Shown: positions 9,300 through 18,816 of the stretch, in pieces
Layout: every line of letters starts with the position of its first letter
How positions within the stretch are numbered: the stretch's first letter is position 1
Assembly: GCA_031459915.1 (NCBI GenBank)
Contig: JAVKHO010000024.1
Location: 1-35,653, forward strand
DNA from: Candidatus Tepidifontimicrobium thermophilum
GTDB taxonomy: Bacteria > Sysuimicrobiota > Sysuimicrobiia > Sysuimicrobiales > Sysuimicrobiaceae
Reading direction: 5' to 3'
Length of the DNA stretch: 35,653 nt
Notes under the pieces: model-generated
Seen by the model: the letters and a program-made list of their open reading frames with translations, nothing else
What the model was told of the DNA's origin: nothing
Database searches by the model: none
Translations under genes and position numbers: made by a program

Positions 9300-9581
9300 T
9301 CACCGGATCTCCACCTCGTAGTCCACCACGTACGCCTCCCGCTCCCGCTCCAGGTAGCGCACCACCTGGGCGAGAACCCGGTCCGCGTGCCGGCCGTCGT
9401 TCGTTACGTACGCCACCCCCAAAGTGGCGCGGGTCCAGACCTCGTGGTCGTCCACCTCGGACACGGACACCGGGAACTCGTTGTGCAGCCGCTGGACCAG
9501 GCTCTGGACGATCCGGCGCTTCTCCTTCAGACTCTGGGCGCCGTCGAGGCTCAGGGTGACCCGCAGCGTCCCCACCACCAT
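9300..9581 (-). CDS. DUF503 (YlxP-like) protein
   Basis: SLKEKRRIV...FPVSVSEV motif; conserved position after infB; ATG at 9581 with GGAGGGG RBS. Confidence 0.88.
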   Translation of the reverse strand: MVVGTLRVTLSLDGAQSLKEKRRIVQSLVQRLHNEFPVSVSEVDDHEVWTRATLGVAYVTNDGRHADRVLAQVVRYLEREREAYVVDYEVEIR

Positions 9582-9630
9582 GGCGACCCCTCCGCGACGT
9601 CGGGCGCACGCGGGCACCGACACGCGTGAC

Positions 9631-12033
9631 CTACCCGGCCGCCTGCTCCTGCACCGCGTACGCCTCGATCACGTCCCCTTCCTTGATGTCCTGGAAGTTC
9701 TCCAGCACCATGCCGCACTCGAACCCCGCGGCCACCTCCCGCACGTCGTCCTTGAACCTCCGCAGGGACGCCAGCCGTCCTTCGTACACCACCGCACCGT
9801 CCCGGATCAGCCGCACCTGGGCCGACCGTGAGATGCGGCCGTCCACCACGTAGCAGCCGGCCACCGTCCCCACGCGGGAGATGTGGAAGATCCGCCGCAC
9901 CTCCGCGCGGCCGAGGACCACCTCGGTGACCTTGGGCGCCGCCAGGCCCTTCACCAGCGCCTGCACGTCGTCCAGGGCCTCGTAGATGATGCGGTACAGC
10001 CGGACGTCCACGCCCTCCTGCTCCGCCAGCTTCCGGGCCGCGGGGTCGGGGCGGACGTTGAAGCCCAGCACCACCGCGCGGCTGGCGGCGGCCAGCATCA
10101 CGTCGGACTCCGTGACCGCGCCCACCGCCGCGTGCAGCACGTTGATCTTGACCTCCTCCGTCTGCAGCCGCTGCAAAGCGCCCGTGATGGCTTCCAGGGA
10201 GCCGTGGACGTCCGCCTTGACGATCAGCCGGAGCTCCCGGACCTCCACCAGCTCCTCCAGGCTGCCCTTGCGGGCCTGGGCCAGCTCCGCGGCCCGGCGG
10301 CGCTCCCGCCGCTCCTCCGCGACAGCCTTGGCCCGGCGCTCGTCAGGGACCACCTCCAGCAGGTCCCCTGCGGTGGGCACGTCCGACAGTCCCACCACCT
10401 CCACGGGTGTCGAGGGGCCCGCTTCCTGCAGGCGCTGGCCGCGGTCGTCGGTCATGGCGCGGACCTTCCCGTACACCTCACCCACCACCACCGCGTCGCC
10501 CACCCGCAGGGTGCCCTCCTGGACCAGGACGGTGGCCACGGGACCCCGGCCGCGGTCCAGCTTCGCCTCCAGGACCGTGCCGCGGGCAGGCTTGTCGGGG
10601 TCGGCCCGCAGCTCGTGGAGCTCCGCCACCAGCAGGATCATCTCCAGCAGGTCGTCGATCCCCTGCCCCGTCCGGGCCGAGACCGGGACCATCACCACAT
10701 CACCGCCCCAGTCCTCCGGCACCAGTCCCAGCTCCGCCAGCTGCTGCTTGACCCGGTCCGGGTTGGCCTGCGGCAGGTCCACCTTGTTGATGGCCACCAC
10801 GATGGGCACGCCCGCGGCCTTGGCGTGGTTGATGGCCTCCACGGTCTGCGGCATCACGCCGTCGTCCGCGGCCACCACCAGCACCGCGATGTCGGTGACC
10901 TGCGCGCCCCGGGCGCGCAGGGCGGTGAAGGCCTCGTGGCCGGGCGTGTCGATGAAGGTGATCCGGCGGCCGTCCCGCTCCACCTGGTAGGCGCCGATGT
11001 GCTGGGTGATGCCTCCGAACTCGCCCGCGGCCACGTTGGTGTGCCGGATGGTGTCCAGCAGGGTGGTCTTGCCGTGGTCCACGTGACCCAGGACCGTGAC
11101 CACGGGCGGCCGCGCCTGCCCCTCCTGCGCGACCTGGAGCCTGCGCACCGGTGCGGGCCCTTTGGGCCCCTCGGTGACCACCCGGGCGCCCAGGGCCTCG
11201 GCTACGGCTTTGGCGGTCTCGAGGGGGATCTGCTGGTTCACGCCCGCCAGGACCCCCACCTCGATGAGCCGCTTCACCACCTCGGCGGCGGGGACGCCCA
11301 GCCGCTGCGCCAGCTCGCCCACCGTCAGGGAGCCATCCAGGCGCACCTCCGCGGCCACCGGGGGAGGCGCCGCGGGCGGCGCCTCGGGGGGCACAGGCTG
11401 CCGGACCCTCGGGGTGGGCGGCGGCGGCGGGGGCTTGCGTACCTGCCGCAGGGACGGGGGCGGCGGAGGGGGCTTGCGCACCTCCGGCCTGGGCTGGGCC
11501 ACCTTCTTCAGGACCTCCGGTGAGATGGTCACCGCGGGCTCCGCGTGCCGCTCCGGGAGCGGCACGCTGCTGGGCTTCGGCGCTTCCGCGGGCGGCGCCG
11601 CGGGCGCGGCGGCTGCCGCGGGTGCCGGAGCTGGCTCAGGGGGGGCCGGGGGCGGAGGAGCGGCGGCAGCCTCTTTCAACTGCTCCTCCGCCAGCCGCGC
11701 GGCCTCCTCCGCGGCCCGGCGGGCCGCCTCCGCGGCCAGCCGCTCCTGCTCCTCCCGCTCGCGGGCCACCTCCTCCGCGCGCTTGATGATCCGGCGCTTG
11801 GGTCCGGTGGGCTCTGGCGGTGGCGGCGGTGCGGCGGGCTTTTTTGCCTTGGCGGGAGTCCTGGTACCGCCGTCCAGGTGCAGGTCGGGGTGCTGTTCCC
11901 GCAGGGCCCGGAGCGCCGCCTCGGGGACCGCGGCCTGCGGGTTGGCCTTCACCTCGTGGCCCAACGCCGCGAGCCGGTCCGCGGCCTCCTTCGTGCTGAC
12001 GCCCAGCGCCTTTGCCAGTTCGTGCAGTCGCAT
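9631..12033 (-). CDS. infB: Translation initiation factor IF-2
   Basis: [40 protein letters not shown]; Pro/Ala-rich N-terminal region. Confidence 0.98.
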   Translation of the reverse strand: MRLHELAKALGVSTKEAADRLAALGHEVKANPQAAVPEAALRALREQHPDLHLDGGTRTPAKAKKPAAPPPPPEPTGPKRRIIKRAEEVAREREEQERLAAEAARRAAEEAARLAEEQLKEAAAAPPPPAPPEPAPAPAAAAAPAAPPAEAPKPSSVPLPERHAEPAVTISPEVLKKVAQPRPEVRKPPPPPPSLRQVRKPPPPPPTPRVRQPVPPEAPPAAPPPVAAEVRLDGSLTVGELAQRLGVPAAEVVKRLIEVGVLAGVNQQIPLETAKAVAEALGARVVTEGPKGPAPVRRLQVAQEGQARPPVVTVLGHVDHGKTTLLDTIRHTNVAAGEFGGITQHIGAYQVERDGRRITFIDTPGHEAFTALRARGAQVTDIAVLVVAADDGVMPQTVEAINHAKAAGVPIVVAINKVDLPQANPDRVKQQLAELGLVPEDWGGDVVMVPVSARTGQGIDDLLEMILLVAELHELRADPDKPARGTVLEAKLDRGRGPVATVLVQEGTLRVGDAVVVGEVYGKVRAMTDDRGQRLQEAGPSTPVEVVGLSDVPTAGDLLEVVPDERRAKAVAEERRERRRAAELAQARKGSLEELVEVRELRLIVKADVHGSLEAITGALQRLQTEEVKINVLHAAVGAVTESDVMLAAASRAVVLGFNVRPDPAARKLAEQEGVDVRLYRIIYEALDDVQALVKGLAAPKVTEVVLGRAEVRRIFHISRVGTVAGCYVVDGRISRSAQVRLIRDGAVVYEGRLASLRRFKDDVREVAAGFECGMVLENFQDIKEGDVIEAYAVQEQAAG

Positions 12034-12065
12034 GCAAGCCTCCGGTCCCTACGCTGCGCCGTCCC

Positions 12066-12368
12066 CTACGGCCGGGCCGCCTGCGCCGCAGCCGCCCGAC
12101 GCCTGACTTCCTGTTCCAGCTCCACGAGCACGGCCTCCGGCACCTCGCACTCCAGGGCGCGGTCCAGCTTCCGGCCCTTGCGGGCGGCCTCCAGACACTC
12201 CTCCCTGGGCTCCACGTACGCCCCGCGGCCGCTCATCTTCGCGCTCCGGGTGGTGTCCACCTTGACGTCCCCCTGGGGGGTCCGGACCACCCGGACCATC
12301 TCCATCTTGGGCCGCATGGCGCCGCAGCCCACGCACATGCGCATGGGGACTTTACGCACCTTCGGCAC
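12066..12368 (-). CDS. ylxR: YlxR/RnpM family (DUF448) RNA-binding protein
   Basis: PMRMCVGC and GRGAYV motifs; lies between nusA and infB. Confidence 0.92.
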   Translation of the reverse strand: MPKVRKVPMRMCVGCGAMRPKMEMVRVVRTPQGDVKVDTTRSAKMSGRGAYVEPREECLEAARKGRKLDRALECEVPEAVLVELEQEVRRRAAAAQAARP

Positions 12369-12423
12369 GGGCCTCCCCTCCTAGACCACGGCTCGGCCGG
12401 ACGGTGTCTTCCCGTACGCGCCC

Positions 12424-13593
12424 CTAGCCCGGGCCCGCACCACCCGGCGAGCCCTCCTTGGCCTCCGCGGGTTGGGGCTCGCCGTCTCCCGCGGGGCTCT
12501 GGTACTGCGCCAGTTCCTCCGGAGACAGGTCCACGAACAGCTTCGCGGCCTCCTGCTCCCGGACCTGGCTCTCACTCTTGATGTCGATGCGCCAGCCGGT
12601 GAGCTTGGCCGCCAGCCGGGCGTTCTGTCCCTCCCGGCCGATGGCCAGGGACAGCTGGTTATCGGGGACCGTGACCCGGGCCGTCTTGGTCTCCTCGTCG
12701 ATCTCCACCCGGACCACCTTGGCCGGCTGCAGGGCCGAGGCCACGAACTGTGCGGGGTCGGGGCTCCACGGCACGATGTCCACCTTCTCGCCCCGCAGCT
12801 CGTCCACCACGGCCTGGACACGGGTCCCCTTGGGCCCCACGCAGGCACCTACCGGGTCCACGTTCCGGTCGCGGGAGTACACCGCGATCTTCGTGCGCGC
12901 CCCGGGCTCCCGGGCCACGTTCTGGATCACCACGATGCCCTCGCGGATCTCGGGTACTTCCTGCTCGAACAGCGCCCGGACCAGCCCCGGGTGCGCCCGG
13001 GACACGTGGATCTGCGGGCCGCGGGGGGTGTCCCGCACCTCCATCACGTACACCTTGATGCGCTCTCCCTGGCGGTAGGACTCCCGGGGGATCTGTTCGG
13101 TCTTGCTCAACACCCCCTCGATGCGGCCCAGGTCCACGTACACGTTCCCCTTCTCCACCCGGTGCACGATCCCCGTGACCACCTGCTTTTCCCGCTCCTC
13201 GAACTCCCGCTTGATCATCTCCCGCTCCGCCTCGCGGATCCGCTGCACCACCACCTGCTTGGCGGCCTGGGCGGCGATCCGGCCGAAGTCCCGCGGGGTG
13301 ATCTCCTCCTCCACCACGTCGCCCACCTCCGCGGTGGGGTCCTCCTTGCGCATCTCCTCCAGGGACAGCTCCGTGGCGGGGTCCTGGACCTTCTCCACCA
13401 CCGTCTTCACGCTGAACACCCGGATCTCCCCGGTCTTGGGGTCTACCTCCACCCGCACGTTCTGGCCGGTGCCGCCGAAGTTCTTCTTGTACGCGGACAC
13501 CAGGGCGGACTCCACCGCCTCCAGGAGCACGGCCTTGGAGATCCCGCGCTCCTCCTCCAGCTGTTCGAGTGCCCGGATGAGCTCGCCGTTCAT
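12424..13593 (-). CDS. nusA: Transcription termination/antitermination factor NusA
   Basis: [58 protein letters not shown] at 13593. Confidence 0.98.
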   Translation of the reverse strand: MNGELIRALEQLEEERGISKAVLLEAVESALVSAYKKNFGGTGQNVRVEVDPKTGEIRVFSVKTVVEKVQDPATELSLEEMRKEDPTAEVGDVVEEEITPRDFGRIAAQAAKQVVVQRIREAEREMIKREFEEREKQVVTGIVHRVEKGNVYVDLGRIEGVLSKTEQIPRESYRQGERIKVYVMEVRDTPRGPQIHVSRAHPGLVRALFEQEVPEIREGIVVIQNVAREPGARTKIAVYSRDRNVDPVGACVGPKGTRVQAVVDELRGEKVDIVPWSPDPAQFVASALQPAKVVRVEIDEETKTARVTVPDNQLSLAIGREGQNARLAAKLTGWRIDIKSESQVREQEAAKLFVDLSPEELAQYQSPAGDGEPQPAEAKEGSPGGAGPG

Positions 13594-13610
13594 CGGTCCA
13601 CCCCTTTTGG

Positions 13611-14111
13611 TCACCGCCGCTTCCTCTTGAGATCCCGGAGGATCTCCTCCGGGTCCACCCGCAGCCGCGCCTCCGCCACCTCCCCCAGGGGCACCCGGAG
13701 GTCCCGCCCGTCCGGCAGGTGCAGGACTACCCGACCACCCACCAGACCTCCCAGCCGGCCCACGAACCTCCGCTGCCCTTCCACCGGCTGGCTGGTCACC
13801 ACCTCCGCCAGCCGGCCCGCAAACCGGTCGAAGTCCCCGGCCCGGCGCAGCGGCCGGTCCAGCCCCGGGGAGGAGACCTCCAGGGTGTAGCGGTGCTGGA
13901 ACGGGTCCTCCAGGTCCAGCTGGCGGGACAGCATCTCGCTCACCCGCGCACACTCCTCCACGCTGACCCCGCCTTCCCGGTCCACCAGGACCCGGACCAC
14001 GGTCCGCACGCCCTCTCCCGTGACCTCCACGTCCACCAACTCCACGCCCAGCCGGTCGGTAATAGCCTGGGCCAGCTCGTGGACCCGCCGGGCCACGTCC
14101 TCTCGCCGCAC
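13611..14111 (-). CDS. rimP: Ribosome maturation factor RimP
   Basis: YTLEVSSPGLDRPL motif; GTG at 14111 with GGGGAG RBS; first gene of the nusA-infB operon. Confidence 0.95.
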   Translation of the reverse strand: MRREDVARRVHELAQAITDRLGVELVDVEVTGEGVRTVVRVLVDREGGVSVEECARVSEMLSRQLDLEDPFQHRYTLEVSSPGLDRPLRRAGDFDRFAGRLAEVVTSQPVEGQRRFVGRLGGLVGGRVVLHLPDGRDLRVPLGEVAEARLRVDPEEILRDLKRKRR

Positions 14112-14135
14112 CGCCTGCTCCCCGGAACCCCGACC

Positions 14136-14214
14136 GCAAAACGAAGGAGTGGGCCTGCCACCCACTCCTGTCCAGCGCGGTAGGTTCCAGCAAAAATGGG
14201 CCTTTCGGCCCCAC
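14136..14214 (-). promoter_or_regulatory. rimP leader with two tandem hairpins, each followed by a U-rich tract
   Basis: Minus strand: GGGCC-GAAA-GGCCC-ATTTTT (14211-14192) and AGGAGTGGG-N7-CCCACTCCT-TCGTTTT (14169-14138). Confidence 0.7.
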
Positions 14215-14220
14215 GGGCGC

Positions 14221-14250
14221 AGTATACACCCCCCGGCCCGCAGGGTGCAA
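14221..14250 (-). promoter_or_regulatory. Putative sigma70-type promoter of the rimP operon
   Basis: TTGCAC-N18-TATACT directly upstream of the leader hairpins. Confidence 0.65.
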
Positions 14251-14304
14251 TAGAGCCTCGAGCGGCCCGGGGCCGAGGCCACCCGGGGGGGAGCCGGGAC
14301 GGGG

Positions 14305-15138
14305 CTACGGACGGCGCCGAACGCCCCGCGCGGCCGCCGGCGGCCGCTCCTCCCAGGATAGCGGTCCCAGGTTTGTCACTAGGCGGCCACCCGCGTCCTG
14401 GACGTCCATGGCCCCCGTCAGCAGGTACCGGGACTTCCTGGGGTCCAGCCAGAACTCCGCGTACTCCACCGGCTCCGTCCTCGACCACTGGCACAGGGTC
14501 ACCGCAAGGCACGGGCTTCCCTGGCGTGTCCCCAGCAGCCTGGCGTTCTCCGCGGACATCGCGGTGAGTTCCATGCGCTCGTCGATCCGCGTGATGACGA
14601 CCCCGAACTCCCGCGCCAGGACCTCGAGGAACGCCCGCCGGGAAAGGTCCATGGACAGCAGGCCAGCGAAACGGCGTGCGGGCACCCAGGAACGCCCACG
14701 CGCCACGGGCTCCTGACCCGCCCAGAACACCCGGTCAAAAAATACGGACCACCCATGCACCCCGGGTCCTCCAGCAGAGCGCCAGGCCTGGAGCACCCGG
14801 CGCGGCGTGGGCCGCTTCTTCAACGACAGGACCTGGACCCGCGGCTCCATGCCGGCCGCCTGGATGGCGCGGAAGGGCGACACAAACACCAGCCCACCGG
14901 CCTCCGGCACCCTGACTACCTGCGTGCCGAGCCGGCGGTGCCTGACCACCAGGCCCTCGTGGGCCAGCCGGCCCAGGGCCTGACGGACGGTCCCGCGGCT
15001 GACCCGCAGGGCCCGCGCCAGCTCCTCCTCCGGCGGCAGGGTTTCCCCCACCCGCCAGGTCCCCTGCGCGATGCCCAGGCGGATCAGCTCCCGGATCTGC
15101 ACGTGCAGGGGTACCCCGCTGTCCCGATCCAGCCTCAA
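14305..15138 (-). CDS. GntR family transcriptional regulator, HutC/UTRA type
   Basis: Winged HTH PLHVQI...LPPEEELARALRVSRGTVRQAL and a UTRA-like C-terminal domain; divergent from the catabolic operon. Confidence 0.88.
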   Translation of the reverse strand: MRLDRDSGVPLHVQIRELIRLGIAQGTWRVGETLPPEEELARALRVSRGTVRQALGRLAHEGLVVRHRRLGTQVVRVPEAGGLVFVSPFRAIQAAGMEPRVQVLSLKKRPTPRRVLQAWRSAGGPGVHGWSVFFDRVFWAGQEPVARGRSWVPARRFAGLLSMDLSRRAFLEVLAREFGVVITRIDERMELTAMSAENARLLGTRQGSPCLAVTLCQWSRTEPVEYAEFWLDPRKSRYLLTGAMDVQDAGGRLVTNLGPLSWEERPPAAARGVRRRP

Positions 15139-15191
15139 CGCGCCCTCCTAGCTCCGGGCACCATCGTCCCGCGCACGCCTCCGCTCCGCTC

Positions 15192-15245
15192 TTGACAGGC
15201 CAACAGCCCGCACTCTAGCATAGAATTGTTTTTAAGGCTATACAA
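15192..15245 (+). promoter_or_regulatory. Putative promoter and palindromic operator for the LarA-family operon
   Basis: TTGACA (15192)-N18-TAGCAT (15216), followed by AT-rich TTGT-N12-ACAA (15226-15245). Confidence 0.6.
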
Positions 15246-15347
15246 AAGTTCAATGGGTGGGCGGGCGCCTGAGGCTGAAGCGCGTGCGTGCCCGGGGAAT
15301 CTGTGCTTGAGGCCGCGGCGCGTTCAGTAGGCAACTACCGAATAACC

Positions 15348-16808
15348 ATGACCGCCGCGCAGCGGGTGACGTTGGAGTACGGGGACGGCCTCGTGGAGGT
15401 CGAGGTCCCCGAGGGCGCCGTGGTGGTGGAGCCCGCTACCCTTTACCAGGAGCCCGCTCCCCCAGAGGACCCCGTCCTGCTTACCCGCCGTGCCCTCGCG
15501 CAGCCGCTGGGCAGTCCTCCTCTGCGAGACCTCGTGGGGCCGGGGTCGACGGTCCTCATCGCCTTTCCCGACCGGGTGAAGGGGGGCGCGCACCCCACCG
15601 CCCACCGCCGCGTGACCCTTCCCCTGCTCCTCGAGGAGCTGGAGTCTGCGGGAGTGCGCCGCGGGGACATCACCCTCCTCTGTGCCAACGGTCTGCACCG
15701 GAAGAATACCCGGCAGGAGATGGAAGGCTACCTGGGGCGGGACCTCGTTCAGCGCTTCCCTCCGAGTCGCCTTTTAAATCACGACGCTGAGGACCCGGAC
15801 AACATGGTGCGGCTGGGCGAAACCGACGACGGGGACGCGGTGGAGGTGAACCGCCGCGTCCTGGAAGCCGACCTCGTGGTGGTGCTGGGCCACACCCTGG
15901 GCAACCCGTACGGCGGCTACAGCGGCGGCTACAAGATGCCTTGCACCGGCCTGACAGGCTGGCGGTCCATCCGGTGCCACCACACCCCTGCGACGTTGTT
16001 CCGGAACGACTTCGTCCCTATCAGCCCCCGGAGTCACTTCCGCTCCCAGCTCCGGCGGATCGGGGAGTTCATCGAGCGGCACATGAAGCAGCCCTTCTTC
16101 GCGGTGGACGCCGTCCTGAACGGCCGGAATGAGCAGCTGGCGGTGTTCGCAGGCCGGCTAGGCGAGGTCGAGCAGGCCAGCTGGCCCCTGGCAAGGCAGC
16201 GCACGGAGGTCACGGTGCCGGGTGAGCCGGCGGACGTCCTGGTGCTCGGGATCCCCCGAAACTTCCACTACGGCCCGGGAATGGGTTCCAACCCGCTGCT
16301 GTTCAAGCAGGCGATCGCCGCGTCGCTCGCCAGAGCCTACGGGGCGCTCCAGCCGTACCCGGTGGTGGTCGCCTTCTGCGTCTGTGACGGCTGGTTCAAC
16401 GACGAGTGGTTCCCGCCCTACCGGGAGGTCTACGAGCTGCTCCAGCGGTGCTGCGGAGCGGACGAGCTGGCCCGCTACGAGGACGAGGTCTGTACCCGGG
16501 CTGAGTGGGTCCGCAAGTACCGTCACGCGTACGGGTACCATCCTTTCCACGCTTTCTCCATGGCGTATTTGGGTGCGCTGGCGGACCGTTACGCCCGGGC
16601 CGTCTACCTGGTCGGGGCGCGGGAGCCGTCGTACGCCCGGGGAATGGGCTGCATCCCGGTACCCACCTTCGAAGCCGCGCTCGAGCACGCCAGGCGCCAC
16701 GTGGGATCCCATCCCCGTCTGCTGGTGATCCCGCGGCTTTCCCGCGTCCAGGTGCACCTGTTCGCAGAGGGAGCGCAGGCGAAGGTCACGGAGGTGGCGG
16801 CCAGGTGA
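15348..16808 (+). CDS. Lactate racemase (LarA/DUF2088) family racemase/epimerase
   Basis: AL..PLGSPPL..L, FPDRVK, ANGLHRK, NHDAEDP, VEVNR, GYSGGYK, IRCHH. Start is uncertain (ATG 15348 or GTG 15288). Confidence 0.85.
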   Translation: MTAAQRVTLEYGDGLVEVEVPEGAVVVEPATLYQEPAPPEDPVLLTRRALAQPLGSPPLRDLVGPGSTVLIAFPDRVKGGAHPTAHRRVTLPLLLEELESAGVRRGDITLLCANGLHRKNTRQEMEGYLGRDLVQRFPPSRLLNHDAEDPDNMVRLGETDDGDAVEVNRRVLEADLVVVLGHTLGNPYGGYSGGYKMPCTGLTGWRSIRCHHTPATLFRNDFVPISPRSHFRSQLRRIGEFIERHMKQPFFAVDAVLNGRNEQLAVFAGRLGEVEQASWPLARQRTEVTVPGEPADVLVLGIPRNFHYGPGMGSNPLLFKQAIAASLARAYGALQPYPVVVAFCVCDGWFNDEWFPPYREVYELLQRCCGADELARYEDEVCTRAEWVRKYRHAYGYHPFHAFSMAYLGALADRYARAVYLVGAREPSYARGMGCIPVPTFEAALEHARRHVGSHPRLLVIPRLSRVQVHLFAEGAQAKVTEVAAR

Positions 16809-17758
16809 AGGCCCGGGTGCCGGCGTTCAAGGGGAACGCGCAGGACCTCACAGGGACTGCCCCGGAAGGGTCGTACCTGCCGCCCACGGCGGTGGGGGTG
16901 GTGGGGTGCGGGACCATGGGCCGGATCATGGTATCTGCCCTGGTTCGCCGCAAGTACGCGGTGGTGGTCTGGGACCCCAACCCCGCGGCCCAAACCGCGG
17001 CCTCGGCCGCCGGAGCGAGTCTCGCCAGCGACCTCTCGGGTGTCGCCTCCTGCCCCGTGGTGATCCTGTCTCTGCCAGGCCCCCGGGAGGTCCGCCAGGT
17101 GGTCCTCGATCTGCTGGGGCTTCCGCGGCGCCCGGCGGTGATCGTGGACACAACCACCAGCGATCCCGAGGCCACCCGGGACCTGGCGGCGGCCGCCGAG
17201 CAGGAAGGAGTCGCTCTCGTGGACGCCCCCATCCTCGGACGTCCGGCCAGTGCAGGCCGCTGGACGGTGCCCGTGGGGGGCGAGCCTTCCGCCGTCGAGC
17301 GCGTCCGGCCCGTGCTGGAAACCTTCGCGGCGCGTGTGATCCCGGTAGGCCCGGTGGGAAGTGCCCACACCCTGAAACTGTTGAACCAGATGATGTTCGC
17401 CATTCTCAACGCGGCGACCGCGGAGGTCCTGGCCCTGGCTCCCCAGCTGGGTCTTTCGCCGGATCTCTTCTACGAGACGGTGGTGTCCAGCGGCGCCGCC
17501 ACCGTCTCGGGGTTGTTCCAGGAGCTCGGGAGCAAGATTTCCCGGGAGGACTTCTCTCCCGTGTTTTCGGTGGAACTGTTGTGCAAGGACACCGACCTGG
17601 CGTTGCGGATGGCGCGGCGGGTGGGCGGGGCAGCGGTCCTCACCTCCACGGTGCAGCTGCTCAACCACCTGGCCCGGACACGGGGCCTGAGCGACCGCGA
17701 CAGTTCGGCGGTGGTCCTGGTCTACCGGGAACTGATGAGCGCGCCGGAGCCGTCATGA
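16805..17758 (+). CDS. NAD(P)-dependent beta-hydroxyacid dehydrogenase (3-hydroxyisobutyrate DH/tartronate semialdehyde reductase family)
   Basis: GVVGCGTMG, VDTTT, DAPILG, catalytic KLLNQ, KD..LAL; GTGA overlap with the upstream gene and GGAGGTGG RBS. Confidence 0.9.
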   Translation: MKARVPAFKGNAQDLTGTAPEGSYLPPTAVGVVGCGTMGRIMVSALVRRKYAVVVWDPNPAAQTAASAAGASLASDLSGVASCPVVILSLPGPREVRQVVLDLLGLPRRPAVIVDTTTSDPEATRDLAAAAEQEGVALVDAPILGRPASAGRWTVPVGGEPSAVERVRPVLETFAARVIPVGPVGSAHTLKLLNQMMFAILNAATAEVLALAPQLGLSPDLFYETVVSSGAATVSGLFQELGSKISREDFSPVFSVELLCKDTDLALRMARRVGGAAVLTSTVQLLNHLARTRGLSDRDSSAVVLVYRELMSAPEPS

Positions 17759-18816
17759 ACACGGACCGCACCGTCCTCCAGGACCTGGCGCTGGCCGCGG
17801 AGCACTTGAGGCAGGACGGCCTCGCCTTCGTGGCGGTGAGGCGCGGGCAGGTGGTATTCGAGTCCGCGGACCCCGGGCTGGGCGCCCTCCTCCACGCGGC
17901 CCGGAAGCTCCGTGAGGCTGCCGCTCAAGATGTGGTGCTGGCGGACCGGGTCGTGGGCGCGGCGGCCTTGCTGGTAGCCTGCTGGGCCGGAATCCGTGCG
18001 GTTCACGCGGAGCTCGCCAGCGAGGCGGCGCACCGGGAGGCCGACGCCCGTGGCGTGTTCCTGCGGAGCGTGCGCCGGGTCCCGTGGGTGCTCAACCGCC
18101 GTGGGGATGGCCCTTGCCCGTTCGAGGCGGCCGTCCGTGAGGCGCTGGCCGGCGGAGCGGCACTGCCGGACGTGATCCGGCTCCTGGAGCAGGTGACGTC
18201 CGCGGCTCCCGCAGCTCCCCCGGGGCAGGACGGCGCGGCGCGCCCACACGTCCTGGCCGGGACCGGCCTGGGTCTGGCGCTGGCGGTGATGTTGCCCGTC
18301 TTCTTCCACCTGTTGGGGCTGGGGCCCACCTTCCTTCCCATGCACCTGCCGGTGCTGCTGGTGGGTGCCCTCTTCGGGGCGGGCGCAGGGTTTCTGGTGG
18401 GTGCGCTGGCCCCTCTGGCGTCCAGCCTGCTGACCGGGATGCCGCCCCTCGTGCCCGTGGCCGTGCTGATGACCGTGGAGCTCGCTACCTACGGGGCGGT
18501 GGCGGGGTGGATGCGTCAGGCGTGGGGGGACCGGTACGGGGGCCGGAGGGCTCACCCCCTCATCCGGGAGTACGCGTGGATCCTCGCCGCCCTGCTGGCA
18601 GGGCGGGCGGCCTTGGGGTTGTGGGCGGCCGTGGTGGGACCGCTGGTCGGCCTTCGCGTCCCCGCCGCCTCTTACGTGGGAGCTGCGGTGGTGAGCGGCC
18701 TTCCCGGCATCGCCGTGCAGCTGGTCCTGGTGCCGCTCCTGAGCTGGAAACTGGCAGAAGCCCTGAACACCAAACCGGAAAGGGGGGATCGGGATGGAAC
18801 GCCTGACGCGCCGTGA
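17755..18816 (+). CDS. DUF1893 (TM1506-like) domain fused to an ECF transporter S component
   Basis: N-terminal ADRVVGAAA and VLNRRGDGPCPFE; hydrophobic C-terminal LPMHLPVLLVGALFG, GMPP, ELATYG, LPGIAVQL; ATGA overlap. Confidence 0.8.
   Translation: MNTDRTVLQDLALAAEHLRQDGLAFVAVRRGQVVFESADPGLGALLHAARKLREAAAQDVVLADRVVGAAALLVACWAGIRAVHAELASEAAHREADARGVFLRSVRRVPWVLNRRGDGPCPFEAAVREALAGGAALPDVIRLLEQVTSAAPAAPPGQDGAARPHVLAGTGLGLALAVMLPVFFHLLGLGPTFLPMHLPVLLVGALFGAGAGFLVGALAPLASSLLTGMPPLVPVAVLMTVELATYGAVAGWMRQAWGDRYGGRRAHPLIREYAWILAALLAGRAALGLWAAVVGPLVGLRVPAASYVGAAVVSGLPGIAVQLVLVPLLSWKLAEALNTKPERGDRDGTPDAP

Noticed and set aside
12424..14250. 608-aa NusA with a long N-terminal extension
   Set aside because: The extension is an out-of-frame read through rimP; the real start is ATG 13593 with its own RBS.
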